NCBI GenBank assembly: GCA_046483305.1
Contig: JAWODM010000014.1
Span: forward strand, 63,925-127,924
Origin: Candidatus Krumholzibacteriales bacterium
GTDB taxonomy: Bacteria; Krumholzibacteriota; Krumholzibacteriia; Krumholzibacteriales; WJIX01
DNA length: 64,000 nucleotides
Reading direction: 5' to 3'
Below the pieces are notes generated by a model. It did not search any database. It saw nothing but the letters and a program-made list of their open reading frames with translations, and was not told where the DNA came from. Position numbers and translations under genes: made by a program. Below, one piece after another: positions 38,542-48,318 of the stretch (position 1 is its first letter; each line of letters starts with the position of its first letter).

Positions 38542-40227
38542 TTGAAAGGTGAAATAGCAGATCAGCTCCTGAGCAAAAGTCTGATTACACAGGATCAGCT
38601 GACCCTCGCCCTAAAGGAACAGGGAAAGTCAGGGGGCAGTGTAGGTTATAATCTCGTAAAGACAGGGGCTATATCGGAAAAGGCGTTATCGGAATTTCTT
38701 TCCCAGGCCTACCAGGTGGAAGCGGTTGACCTGGAAGAGGTCGATGCTGACGATCACGCCATAGAACTGATCCCGTCGGAAGTGGCCACCAAGTTCCAGG
38801 TGGTTCCTGTCAGGAGAGAGGGCAGGACCCTGACGGTGGCGATGGCCAACCCTGACAACATCTTTGCCATAGACGACATCAAGTTCATAACCGGCCTGGA
38901 TGTCCGTCCGGTAGTGGCCACCGAAACGGCCATCAAGAAGACCATTGACCGGTTCTATGATTCGGCGGACTCTCTTGCCGATGTGATGAAGGATATGGAA
39001 GACGACCTGGAGCTGGTCGAGGATGAAGAAGAAGATGAAAATGCCGGGTTCGCCGAAGCGCAGGACGAAGACGCCCCGGTGGTCAAACTGGTGAACTCCC
39101 TCATCGCCGACGCTGTTAAAAGGGAGGCCAGCGATATCCATATAGAGCCCTTCGAAAAGACTATCAGGGTCAGGTTCAGAATAGACGGTGTCCTTCACGA
39201 GATGATGTCTCCTCCCTACAAGATGAAGGCCGCCATTACTTCCCGCCTCAAGATCATGGCCGAGCTTGACATTGCCGAAAAGCGGGTGCCGCAGGACGGA
39301 AGAATAAGGATCAGGATAGGGAAAAAGAAGATCGATCTGCGAGTCAGCACTCTCCCTACCATATTCGGCGAGAAGGTGGTGATGAGAATTCTGGACAAGA
39401 GCAATCTGGAGATAGACCTTACCAAGCTGGGATTTCAGAAGGATGCCCTGAAGATATTTACCGATGCGATCGATTCTCCTTACGGGATGGTACTGGTAAC
39501 CGGCCCCACCGGAAGCGGGAAAACTACCACCCTGTACTCCGCGCTGAACAGGATAAACGAACCCCACCACAATATTATGACAGCCGAGGACCCGGTTGAG
39601 TACAACCTGGAAGGGATCAACCAGGTCAACGTTCATGAGGAGATAGGCCTGACCTTTGCCTCGGCGCTCAAGGCTTTCCTGCGCCAGGACCCCAATATCG
39701 TGATGGTCGGTGAGATACGTGACCTCGAAACCGGTTCTATTGCGGTAAAGGCCGCTCTGACCGGGCATCTTGTTCTAAGCACACTCCACACAAACGACGC
39801 CCCCAGTACCATTAACAGGATGATCGATATGGGTATTGAACCTTTCCTGGTCGCCAGCTCCACAAACCTCATCCTGGCCCAGCGGCTGGTCCGGCGGCTC
39901 TGCGGCGAGTGCAAGAAAAAGAAGGAGATACATCCCGAGGTGATGAATGAGCTGGGGATCACCGATGGCACTCCTTTCGAAATCTATGAACCGGTCGGCT
40001 GCTCCAGATGCAGTAACACCGGTTACAAGGGAAGGGCCGGTCTGTACGAAGTTCTGAATGTATCGGAAATAATCCGGCAGATGGTACTGGACCGCAGTTC
40101 CACCGCGGAGATCAGAGAGCAGGCGGTCAAGGAGGGTATGATAACCCTGAGAAAGGACGGGATACGGAAAATCAGGGACGGAATTACGTCCGTAGGAGAA
40201 GTATTGAAGGAAACCAGCAACAATTAG
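38542..40227 (+). CDS. pilB: type IV pilus assembly ATPase PilB
   Basis: ASDIHIEP, PQDGR, GPTGSGKTT, LRQDP, GHLVLSTLH, two CxxC motifs. Confidence 0.95.
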   Translation: MKGEIADQLLSKSLITQDQLTLALKEQGKSGGSVGYNLVKTGAISEKALSEFLSQAYQVEAVDLEEVDADDHAIELIPSEVATKFQVVPVRREGRTLTVAMANPDNIFAIDDIKFITGLDVRPVVATETAIKKTIDRFYDSADSLADVMKDMEDDLELVEDEEEDENAGFAEAQDEDAPVVKLVNSLIADAVKREASDIHIEPFEKTIRVRFRIDGVLHEMMSPPYKMKAAITSRLKIMAELDIAEKRVPQDGRIRIRIGKKKIDLRVSTLPTIFGEKVVMRILDKSNLEIDLTKLGFQKDALKIFTDAIDSPYGMVLVTGPTGSGKTTTLYSALNRINEPHHNIMTAEDPVEYNLEGINQVNVHEEIGLTFASALKAFLRQDPNIVMVGEIRDLETGSIAVKAALTGHLVLSTLHTNDAPSTINRMIDMGIEPFLVASSTNLILAQRLVRRLCGECKKKKEIHPEVMNELGITDGTPFEIYEPVGCSRCSNTGYKGRAGLYEVLNVSEIIRQMVLDRSSTAEIREQAVKEGMITLRKDGIRKIRDGITSVGEVLKETSNN

Positions 40228-40243
40228 AAATTGAGGAATTTTT

Positions 40244-41323
40244 ATGAATCTCAGAACTTTACTGAAGGAAATGATCGAAAGAAAGGCGAGTGATCTGCAT
40301 ATTTCAGCGGGCGCGCCTCCGGTGTTCAGGATCGACGGGCAGATAGTCAGGTCGTCATACGATAATGTTAATCCGGAAACCTGCAAGCAGATCGCCTACA
40401 GCGTTCTCACCGAAAACCAGCAGAAGAGGTTCGAGAATGAAAAGGAACTGGATTTTTCATTCGGGATTCAGGGACTGTCCCGCTTCAGGGCGAACGTCTT
40501 TCAGCAGAGGGGGGTGGTCAGCCTGGCCATCAGGAAGATCCCTTTTGAAATACTCGATTTTGACAAACTTGGCCTTCCGGAGGCGGTCCGCACGTTCTCC
40601 GAAAAACAGAAGGGGCTGATTCTGGTAACCGGCCCCACCGGAAGCGGAAAATCAACCACCCTGGCCAGCATGATAGATAAGATAAACAACGAGAGGGCCG
40701 CTCATGTGATCACCATAGAGGATCCCATAGAGTATATTCACAAGCACAAGAAGTGTATCGTCAACCAGCGGGAAGTAAAGGCGGATACCGAGACCTTTGC
40801 CCAGGCCCTCAAGTATGTTCTCCGTCAGGATCCGGACGTTATACTGATAGGCGAGATGAGGGACCGGGAGACCATGCAGGCCGCCCTGACCATATCCGAG
40901 ACCGGGCACCTCGCCTTTGCCACTCTCCACACCAATTCTACTTTCGAATCTATAAACAGGATAGTGGATACCTTTCCCCCCGGCCAGCAGGGACAGGTCA
41001 GGGCCCAGCTCGCATTTGTGCTGAAGGGAGTGGTTACGCAGCAGCTGATACCGCACCTTTCCGGGACCGGAAGGGTACTGGTGGCCGAAGTGATGGTATG
41101 TACGCCGGCGATCAGCGCTATCATAAGAGACGACAAGATTCATCAGATATACGGTTTGATGCAGGCCGGGCATAAACACGGCATGCAGACCATGAACCAG
41201 GCGCTGTTCGCGGCTGTCAGGAACAGGCAGATATCCAAGAACGAAGCGCTGGTCAGGAGTACCGACCCGGCTGAACTTACCCAGATGCTGGGAAAGAAGC
41301 AGGTAATGAGCGACAGGATATAG
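40244..41323 (+). CDS. pilT: type IV pilus retraction ATPase PilT
   Basis: ASDLHI, RFRANVF, GPTGSGKSTT, TIEDPIE, GEMRD, ETGHL, GMQTM. Confidence 0.95.
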   Translation: MNLRTLLKEMIERKASDLHISAGAPPVFRIDGQIVRSSYDNVNPETCKQIAYSVLTENQQKRFENEKELDFSFGIQGLSRFRANVFQQRGVVSLAIRKIPFEILDFDKLGLPEAVRTFSEKQKGLILVTGPTGSGKSTTLASMIDKINNERAAHVITIEDPIEYIHKHKKCIVNQREVKADTETFAQALKYVLRQDPDVILIGEMRDRETMQAALTISETGHLAFATLHTNSTFESINRIVDTFPPGQQGQVRAQLAFVLKGVVTQQLIPHLSGTGRVLVAEVMVCTPAISAIIRDDKIHQIYGLMQAGHKHGMQTMNQALFAAVRNRQISKNEALVRSTDPAELTQMLGKKQVMSDRI

Positions 41324-41353
41324 TTGAACGGTTCAATCAGGGAGTGATCAATA

Positions 41354-42565
41354 ATGGCTACTACATTTGTTTGGAAAGGCAAGACGCCGGCAGGTGAGTC
41401 CGTCTCCGGTGAATACAACGCCGATGACAAGAATGAGCTGATGGGCCATCTCCGGCGCCGGCGGATCATCGTCACCCAGGTCCGCCAGAAGCCGAAGGAC
41501 CTCAATATCAATATTGGAATCGGGAACAGGATAACTACCAAAGACCTTGCAATCTTCACCAGGCAGTTCTCCACCATGATAAATGCCGGGCTGCCCCTGG
41601 TGCAGTGCCTGGATATTCTATCCAGCCAGATGGAGAAGGAGCATTTCAAGAAGGTAGTAACCGAGGTGACGGAGGATGTGGAGTCAGGTTCGACCCTGGC
41701 CGAAGCTCTTCAGAAGCACGACTGCTTCAGCGAGCTGTATGTCAATATGGTCGGCGCCGGGGAATCGGGGGGTATTCTGGACCTGATTCTCAACAGGCTG
41801 GCTGTATTCCTGGAGAAAAATGACGCACTGAAGAGAAAGATCAAGGGCGCCCTGACCTATCCGACCATCATTTTCCTGGTGGCGGGAGGCGCTACTATCT
41901 TTATGCTTCTTTTCATTATTCCGACCTTTGCTCAGATGTTTACCGATTTCGGAGGAACCCTTCCGCTTCCTACCAGGATAGTGATGGGGCTGAGCAATTT
42001 TCTCAGGGCGAACTGGTGGATCCTGCTGATCGCAGTCGCCGGAGCGGTTTTCGGACTCAGGAAGTACTACAAGACCGAAAACGGGCATTACAGAATCGAC
42101 AAGTTCATGCTGAAGATCCCGATCCTGGGCGGCGTTATACGAAAGGGCGCTATCGCTCTTTTCACCAGAACCCTGGGTACCCTTACCGCCAGCGGTGTTC
42201 CGATCATCGACGGGCTGGATATTACAGCCAGGACCGCGGGAAACAAGGTAATCGAAGAAGCGGTCATGAATACTAAGGAGAGTATCAGCCAGGGTAACAC
42301 CATCGCGGAGCCCCTGGGCAAAAGCGGGGTGTTTCCGCCGATGGTGGTCCAGATGATCGGAGTGGGGGAGCAGACCGGGGCTCTCGACGAGATGCTCGAG
42401 AAGGTCGCCGATTTCTACGATGATGAGGTCGACTCCGCTGTGGACGCTCTCACTTCGGCGATCGAGCCCATAATGATAGTAATAATGGGTGTAGTGGTGG
42501 GCGGTATGCTCATCGCCATGTATCTGCCCATGTTCGAACTGATTTCTGTTGTCTCGGGTGGTTAA
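41354..42565 (+). CDS. pilC: type IV pilus platform protein PilC
   Basis: FTRQFSTMINAGLPL, GESGG, ALTYP, GEQTG, IEP; two GspF domains. Confidence 0.95.
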   Translation: MATTFVWKGKTPAGESVSGEYNADDKNELMGHLRRRRIIVTQVRQKPKDLNINIGIGNRITTKDLAIFTRQFSTMINAGLPLVQCLDILSSQMEKEHFKKVVTEVTEDVESGSTLAEALQKHDCFSELYVNMVGAGESGGILDLILNRLAVFLEKNDALKRKIKGALTYPTIIFLVAGGATIFMLLFIIPTFAQMFTDFGGTLPLPTRIVMGLSNFLRANWWILLIAVAGAVFGLRKYYKTENGHYRIDKFMLKIPILGGVIRKGAIALFTRTLGTLTASGVPIIDGLDITARTAGNKVIEEAVMNTKESISQGNTIAEPLGKSGVFPPMVVQMIGVGEQTGALDEMLEKVADFYDDEVDSAVDALTSAIEPIMIVIMGVVVGGMLIAMYLPMFELISVVSGG

Positions 42566-42589
42566 GAAGGAACCAGAGGTAATTCAAAG

Positions 42590-44326
42590 ATGAAAGTAAA
42601 TCCGCGTGCCGTCAACCTGCAGGACGAAGATAAGATCAGAAAGATGATCTTTGTCAGGCTGGTGGTAGCCACTCTGGTAGTGGGAGCCGCTACCATAGCG
42701 CTCCAGGCCCAGAGCAGGGAGCTGGCCTCGGCCGTCCTCTATTCCCTTCTTGGGGTTATATACCTGAGTACCGGAGCTGTCTATCTGGGGCACCGGCGGG
42801 GAGTCCCCTTCAAGTTACTGGTCAGTATTCTTATCGGCGTTGATATAGCGGTACTGACCCTGATAGTCCATTACAGCGGCGGATCCGAGTCTATCTTTAC
42901 CAATCTGTACATACTGACCATATTCATGGGGGGTTTTTACTTCCAGGTTTCCGGCGGGCTGGTAACCTCCCTGCTGGCCGCCACCGCTTATATAATATAC
43001 ACGCTCCTGGAGCTGAAGGGGGGGGTCAGGTCTCCGGAGGGAGCCATACTGTTCACCCACCAGAACCTCTTCGATTCACTGATCAACGGGTATGTTCACC
43101 TGGCTGTGTTTGTCTCCAGCGGGCTGATCAGCGGATATTTCTCCCGCAGGATTATCAGCAGCAGGGAAATACTTGCCGACCGGGAAGAGGAGATAAAGCA
43201 GATCCAGATAAATAACGATTCCATATTCAGGAATATGAGCAGCGGGCTGGTGGTTATGAACCTGGAGAGAGAAGTTATATCGATGAATCCCGCGGCCAGG
43301 AGGATCCTCGGCGTAGATGAAGGAATGGATGTGGAGGGCAGGCCTCTCGGAGAAGTTATGGACGGGATGGATCCCCTGCTGCAGGAGCTGGTACTGGTCC
43401 AGGAGACCGGGATTCAGAAAAAGAGGCATGAGATCGAACTGGTCAGGCCGGACGGGACGGAACTTCCGCTCGGTATCAGCATATCCCTGCTCATCGGGAG
43501 CGGGGGACAGAAGATGGGAGTAATAGCCCTTTTCCAGGACCTCACCGAGGTACACATGATGAGAAAGAAGGTAAGGCAGTCGGACAAACTTGCCGCTGTG
43601 GGGGAGATATCGGCGGCGATAGCGCATGAAATCAGGGCTCCCCTGGCCTCCATTTGCGGTTCCACCGAGATGCTGAAGCAGGAACTGGAAGTGGACGAAG
43701 AAAATATGGAGCTGATGGACCTTATAATAAGAGAGTCCGACCGGCTGGACGGAATGATCACCGAGTTTCTGGAGTATTCAAAGATACGCCAGCCGGAGTT
43801 CGAATCGGTCAATATCGAGAACTGCCTCAGGGAGACCGTAATGCTGATCAAGCACGGCTCTCATCTGAAGGACTCCTGTACCCTCACCTTCGAAGCGGAG
43901 GCCGGGGGGATCAGGGTTTTCGCCGACGAGCAGCAGATAAGACAGGTATTCCTCAATATCGCTCTGAACGCCTGCCAGGCGGTGGAATGCAACGGGAGCA
44001 TCAATATCGACCTGAAAACCGTGAAGAAGCGTGCGGAGAACGGCGAAGGGGAAGTGGAGGAGTACGCCCAGGTCAGATTCATCAACGACGGAGAGCCCAT
44101 ATCAGAGAAGGACAGGGCGCATATATTCGATCCGTTTTTCACCACCAAGGAGGGCGGTACCGGCCTGGGCCTGGCCACCGCCGCCAGGATAGTGGAAAGC
44201 CATTCAGGATCGATTCACGTGGAAAGCAATAATTTCAGGACAGTATTTACGCTTCTGCTGCCGCTGAAGCATTTCGAGGGTCAGATAGGAATCAAGGAAA
44301 TACAGAATCAATTTGAGAAAGTTTAG
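42590..44326 (+). CDS. pilS: PilS-like sensor histidine kinase
   Basis: N-terminal TM bundle, PAS, AHEIRAPL H-box, FFTTK...GTGLGL; lies between pilC and pilR. Confidence 0.85.
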   Translation: MKVNPRAVNLQDEDKIRKMIFVRLVVATLVVGAATIALQAQSRELASAVLYSLLGVIYLSTGAVYLGHRRGVPFKLLVSILIGVDIAVLTLIVHYSGGSESIFTNLYILTIFMGGFYFQVSGGLVTSLLAATAYIIYTLLELKGGVRSPEGAILFTHQNLFDSLINGYVHLAVFVSSGLISGYFSRRIISSREILADREEEIKQIQINNDSIFRNMSSGLVVMNLEREVISMNPAARRILGVDEGMDVEGRPLGEVMDGMDPLLQELVLVQETGIQKKRHEIELVRPDGTELPLGISISLLIGSGGQKMGVIALFQDLTEVHMMRKKVRQSDKLAAVGEISAAIAHEIRAPLASICGSTEMLKQELEVDEENMELMDLIIRESDRLDGMITEFLEYSKIRQPEFESVNIENCLRETVMLIKHGSHLKDSCTLTFEAEAGGIRVFADEQQIRQVFLNIALNACQAVECNGSINIDLKTVKKRAENGEGEVEEYAQVRFINDGEPISEKDRAHIFDPFFTTKEGGTGLGLATAARIVESHSGSIHVESNNFRTVFTLLLPLKHFEGQIGIKEIQNQFEKV

Positions 44327-44343
44327 TCAGGGAGTTGGAATTC

Positions 44344-45720
44344 ATGGTAAATGGAAAAGTATTAATCGCTGATGACGAGAAGAGTATGTGCAAGTATCTG
44401 TCCATTATGCTCAAGAAGGAAGGGTATGAAGTCGAAACCGTGTATGACGGAAAGGATGCCATAGAGAAGATCAGGGAGGGCGGCCTTGATGTGGTAATAA
44501 CCGACATCAGGATGAAGGAGGCCGACGGGCTGGAGGTCCTATCCGCCGCCCGCGAGGCCGAATCAAACCTTCCGGTGGTGATAATGACCGCTTACGCCTC
44601 CCAGAAGACCGCCATAGAGGCCCTGAACAAGGGCGCTTTCTATTACCTGGTCAAAAGGGCCGCCAAGAATGACGAGATAAAGATGGTGGTAAAGAACGCT
44701 ATCGATATGCGCAGGGTAACCAGTGAAAACGTCTTTCTCAAGAGGCAGCTGAAGGGTAACGGCGATTTCAAGAATATCATAGGCAAAAGCGAGGAGATGC
44801 AGAAGGTGTTCGAGAGGGTAAGGAAGGTAGCCAACTCGGACAGCACCATCCTGATCAACGGCGAGAGCGGTACCGGGAAGGAGCTGGTGGCAAAATCGAT
44901 ACATTACCAGAGCAGGCGCTCCAAGAATGCCTTCGTTTCGATCAACTGCGGAGCTCTTCCTGAAAACCTCCTGGAGAGCGAGCTTTTCGGGCACAGGAAG
45001 GGAAGCTTCACCGGAGCGATTAGAGAGAAGGACGGCCTTTTCAAGGTCGCCTGCGGAGGTACCTTCTTCCTTGACGAGGTGGGAGAGACCTCCCCCGCCA
45101 TCCAGGTAAAGCTTCTCAGGGTCCTGCAGGAGAGAGAAATCATCCCGGTGGGAGGGACCAGGCCCATAAAGGTCGATGTGCGGCTGATAGCTGCCACCAA
45201 CGCCGACCTGGAGGAGAACGTCAAGAACGGCAGTTTCAGGCCTGACCTCTATTACCGCCTGAATGTAATACCTATCACGATACCCCCTCTGAGGAAAAGA
45301 CAGAGCGATATCCCTCTGCTGGTCGATCACTTCCTGAAAAAGGCCTCCGAGAAGACCAATCAGAAGAAGACCATCTCAAAGAAGGCCCTGGAACTGATGG
45401 TCGAGTACGACTGGCCCGGCAACGTCAGGGAGCTGGAGAATATAGTGGAGCGTGCGATAGTGCTTCAGGAGGGGGACAGGATCATGCCCCACGACCTGCC
45501 CGACAAGATCAGGTTCCACTCCAGGTCGAGCAGGAATATCGTCCTGGACGATACCCAGATGACGCTGGAGGAACTGGAGAAGGAGTATGTGATCTCGGTG
45601 CTGGACGAAACCGGATGGCAAAAGAAGAAAGCGAGCGAGATACTTGGGATTAATGCTTCCACGTTGTACCGTAAGATTCAGCGTTATGGCCTGAAACGGG
45701 AGAAAGAGACTGTCGAGTAA
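44344..45720 (+). CDS. pilR: PilR-like sigma54-dependent response regulator
   Basis: Receiver domain, GESGTGKE, ESELFGH..GSFTGA, WPGNVREL, Fis-type HTH. Confidence 0.88.
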   Translation: MVNGKVLIADDEKSMCKYLSIMLKKEGYEVETVYDGKDAIEKIREGGLDVVITDIRMKEADGLEVLSAAREAESNLPVVIMTAYASQKTAIEALNKGAFYYLVKRAAKNDEIKMVVKNAIDMRRVTSENVFLKRQLKGNGDFKNIIGKSEEMQKVFERVRKVANSDSTILINGESGTGKELVAKSIHYQSRRSKNAFVSINCGALPENLLESELFGHRKGSFTGAIREKDGLFKVACGGTFFLDEVGETSPAIQVKLLRVLQEREIIPVGGTRPIKVDVRLIAATNADLEENVKNGSFRPDLYYRLNVIPITIPPLRKRQSDIPLLVDHFLKKASEKTNQKKTISKKALELMVEYDWPGNVRELENIVERAIVLQEGDRIMPHDLPDKIRFHSRSSRNIVLDDTQMTLEELEKEYVISVLDETGWQKKKASEILGINASTLYRKIQRYGLKREKETVE

Positions 45721-45851
45721 TCTTTACAGTTGATTGCATTACGAAACGAGAGAGAGCGAATTAGGATTGGAGCGGATAATAAGCCGGAAAGACAGATGAT
45801 ACAAGTGGTTGTTATAAATGTACTTAACCTCCAAGCCAGCTGTAACATTCT

Positions 45852-45866
45852 TGGCATATTATTTGC
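45852..45866 (+). promoter_or_regulatory. sigma54 (-24/-12) promoter for pilA
   Basis: TGGCATATTATTTGC, GG-N10-GC, about 120 nt upstream of pilA. Confidence 0.75.
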
Positions 45867-45987
45867 CCCTATAGTTAGCGGGGCCGCAAAAAGGGCCCGT
45901 AAAATGGAAATTAGACGGCTGAGACGCCGTATATAACGATTTTCGAAGCATGGTCGCTTTGAATCGAGCACACAAAGGAGGTGCAGG

Positions 45988-46422
45988 ATGAATAACAAGG
46001 GTTTTACCCTGATCGAGCTGATGATCGTAGTAGTGATTATCGGTATTCTGGCAGCAATAGCGATCCCGAACTTTATCAACATGCAGGCGAGGGCAAAGGA
46101 AGCTGCAACCAAGTCTAACTGTCATACAGTTCAGCTTGCCGCGGAGGACTTTGCCGTACAGAATGATGGAGTATACGCAGCGGACAATACCTCAGCGCTG
46201 CCAAACGGTGACACAGTTGTGGATCTGTTCCCCGGTGGAGCGCTTCTGGAGAATCCGTTCACCAAGATCGCCTCTGAGCCCAATGTATGGGGCGGAAATG
46301 CTGCTCAGGCCGGAGAGATCGGATACGCAGCTATTCTTCTCAACGGTATTAATGTAGGCTATAACATCACCGGCGGTGACAAGGATGGCGCCGTTATGAT
46401 CACTCTCTCGAGTGGACAGTAA
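45988..46422 (+). CDS. pilA: type IVa major pilin
   Basis: Short leader MNNKG followed by FTLIELMIVVVIIGILAAIAIP; strong AAAGGAGGT RBS. Confidence 0.92.
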   Translation: MNNKGFTLIELMIVVVIIGILAAIAIPNFINMQARAKEAATKSNCHTVQLAAEDFAVQNDGVYAADNTSALPNGDTVVDLFPGGALLENPFTKIASEPNVWGGNAAQAGEIGYAAILLNGINVGYNITGGDKDGAVMITLSSGQ

Positions 46423-46445
46423 GATCAGTACAAGTTGACTTTCGC

Positions 46446-46474
46446 GGGCGGCTCACACACGGGCCGCCCTTTTT
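46446..46474 (+). terminator. intrinsic terminator after pilA
   Basis: GGGCGGCTC-6nt-GGGCCGCCC followed by TTTTT. Confidence 0.8.
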
Positions 46475-46478
46475 GTTT

Positions 46479-46624
46479 TTGATACCCTGTATTGGAAAAA
46501 CCGCTGTCAGTTTCCCCGGCGAGGAAACTGCAGCTCCCGCCTCGGGCTCGCTCTTTCTGCCCCTGCGGGCCAGAAATCCGTGCCCGCTCGCCCTGCGGAG
46601 GGTTTTTCCAATACAGGGTATCAA
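46479..46624. mobile_element. 146-bp MITE-like element with perfect 24-bp terminal inverted repeats
   Basis: TTGATACCCTGTATTGGAAAAACC ... GGTTTTTCCAATACAGGGTATCAA; no credible coding capacity; GC-rich hairpin core. Confidence 0.65.
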
Positions 46625-46688
46625 GATTAAATAACTATAGCTGGTTGCCCGATTCTTAGTATTGATATTTTTATTATTTAGTTTATTG

Positions 46689-46774
46689 ACCGCTGTCGGT
46701 TACTCGCCGGCCGGGGAAACCGCAGCTCTGAGCCTCGCACATCGCTCTTTCCGGCCCTGGCGGGCCGGAAATCC
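46689..46774. repeat. second, diverged copy of the MITE internal two-hairpin core, without terminal repeats
   Basis: ACCGCTGTC...GGAAAC.GCAGCTC...GCCTCG...TCGCTCTTTC...GCGGGCC.GAAATCC is shared with 46500-46579. Confidence 0.7.
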
Positions 46775-46841
46775 ATTAACTGTATGAACCAGAATATAAA
46801 ACGAAATATATATACTTTGCGACTATAAACAGTCTATAATA

Positions 46842-46870
46842 TTGACATCGGCGGCGCTGATTGATATATT
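46842..46870 (+). promoter_or_regulatory. sigma70-type promoter upstream of the glycosyltransferase pair
   Basis: TTGACA-17nt-TATATT with an extended TGn. Confidence 0.6.
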
Positions 46871-47056
46871 TAAACCAAGAAAAGGGGTATTTATAGAAGA
46901 AACGCTACAGTTTTCTTTTTGTGTTAAATTCAAGGTTTTAACTTACAGGAAGGGAGCGGGTAGCGTCTTTTTATATTTTATGATTATACTGTTTGATTTT
47001 TTTTCAGGCTGTAGTATTTTCATAAAAAACTAATAATTGACCCCGCAAAGAAAGCT

Positions 47057-48310
47057 GTGATGGAAACGATCCTGATAATATTGATAACGGTTCTTATGGG
47101 AGCGGTTTTCTACACCTACGCAGGTTATCCGATAATACTTTTCCTTGTGGGCCTTTTCAGCGGCAGGCAGAGGCGGGGAGGATCGGATGAACTACCCTCC
47201 GTGGCCCTTATTATTTCAGCTCACAACGAAAGCAGGATAATAAGGGACAAGATAGAGAATTCCCTTCAGCTCGATTACCCTTCAGATAAACTGAGGATAA
47301 TCGTCGCCAGCGACGGTTCCGATGACGGTACCAACAGCATAGTCAGGGAATACCCGGGAGTTACCCTGAAGGCGTTCGATAACCGGAGCGGAAAGAGCGC
47401 CACTCTGAACAGGGCGGTGGTCGGACTTGAAGACGATATACTGATATTCTCCGACGCGAACGCTTTTTACCGCGGGGATGCGGTCAGGAAGCTGGTCCGT
47501 AACTTCGATGACCCCGATGTAGGGTGCGTGGTGGGGAAGCTCGTCTATATGGACGGCGAATCCAGCGTGGGAAAGGGGGAGAGCCTGTACTGGAGGTACG
47601 AAGCTCTGCTTAACTGGCTGGAGAGCCGCAGGAAATCGGTGCTGGTGGCGACCGGCACCATCTTCGCGATAAGAAGAAAACTGTACCGGCCCGTTCAGAG
47701 CGATGTGGCCAACGACCTTCAGATCCCGGCCGATATAGCTTCCCAGGGGTACGGGGTAGTCTATGAGAAGGAAGCGGTCGCCAGCGAAAAGGCGACTTCA
47801 TACTACCGCGAGGAATTCATGCGCAAGTACAGGATAATAGTGAGGGGCCTGACCGGTTACAGGCACCTGAAAGGCGATTTCGGAAACAGTTTCAGGAATT
47901 TCCAGTTTGTTTCCAGAAAACTGCTTCGCTGGTGGGTGGGCCCGATACTGACCTTGGCCTACCTCCTGAATATCTTTCTACTCGGCAATCCAATATTTCT
48001 GGCCCTGTTTATCCTCCAGACCGTTTTCTATCTTCTGGCGCTGGCCGGTTTTGTGACCGGAAGGGGAAACAGGCAGAGCAAGTTTCTATACATACCTTTC
48101 TATTTTGTCACCGTTAACGCGGCCTCTTTCTACGCCATAGCCACTTTCCTTTCCGGAAAGAGGTATGCCGCCTGGGACAAGGCGGAAACCACCAGGGATA
48201 TCAGGGAGGACCAGCCATACGTACCCGAACTCAGGATTGTGGGGAGCGGGGATAATGACCGCCCTGAGGGTAAGAAGAAAAAACGGGGCAAAATGGAAAG
48301 GATCACCTGA
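47057..48310 (+). CDS. GT2-family glycosyltransferase (membrane-anchored)
   Basis: SAHNE, SDGSDD, FSDAN, GESLYWRYE, KLLRW, flanking TM helices. Confidence 0.9.
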   Translation: MMETILIILITVLMGAVFYTYAGYPIILFLVGLFSGRQRRGGSDELPSVALIISAHNESRIIRDKIENSLQLDYPSDKLRIIVASDGSDDGTNSIVREYPGVTLKAFDNRSGKSATLNRAVVGLEDDILIFSDANAFYRGDAVRKLVRNFDDPDVGCVVGKLVYMDGESSVGKGESLYWRYEALLNWLESRRKSVLVATGTIFAIRRKLYRPVQSDVANDLQIPADIASQGYGVVYEKEAVASEKATSYYREEFMRKYRIIVRGLTGYRHLKGDFGNSFRNFQFVSRKLLRWWVGPILTLAYLLNIFLLGNPIFLALFILQTVFYLLALAGFVTGRGNRQSKFLYIPFYFVTVNAASFYAIATFLSGKRYAAWDKAETTRDIREDQPYVPELRIVGSGDNDRPEGKKKKRGKMERIT

Positions 48311-48318
48311 CTCTATAA

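Noticed and set aside
45988..46422. Electrically conductive (e-pilin) interpretation of PilA
   Set aside because: The mature pilin is 139 aa with about 7% aromatic residues by my count, and has Met rather than Tyr at position 27. The Geobacter-like gene order alone is not evidence.
46479..46774. CRISPR array or integron attC sites
   Set aside because: No regularly spaced direct repeats with spacers, no cas or intI gene, and no RYYYAAC...GTTRRRY ends.
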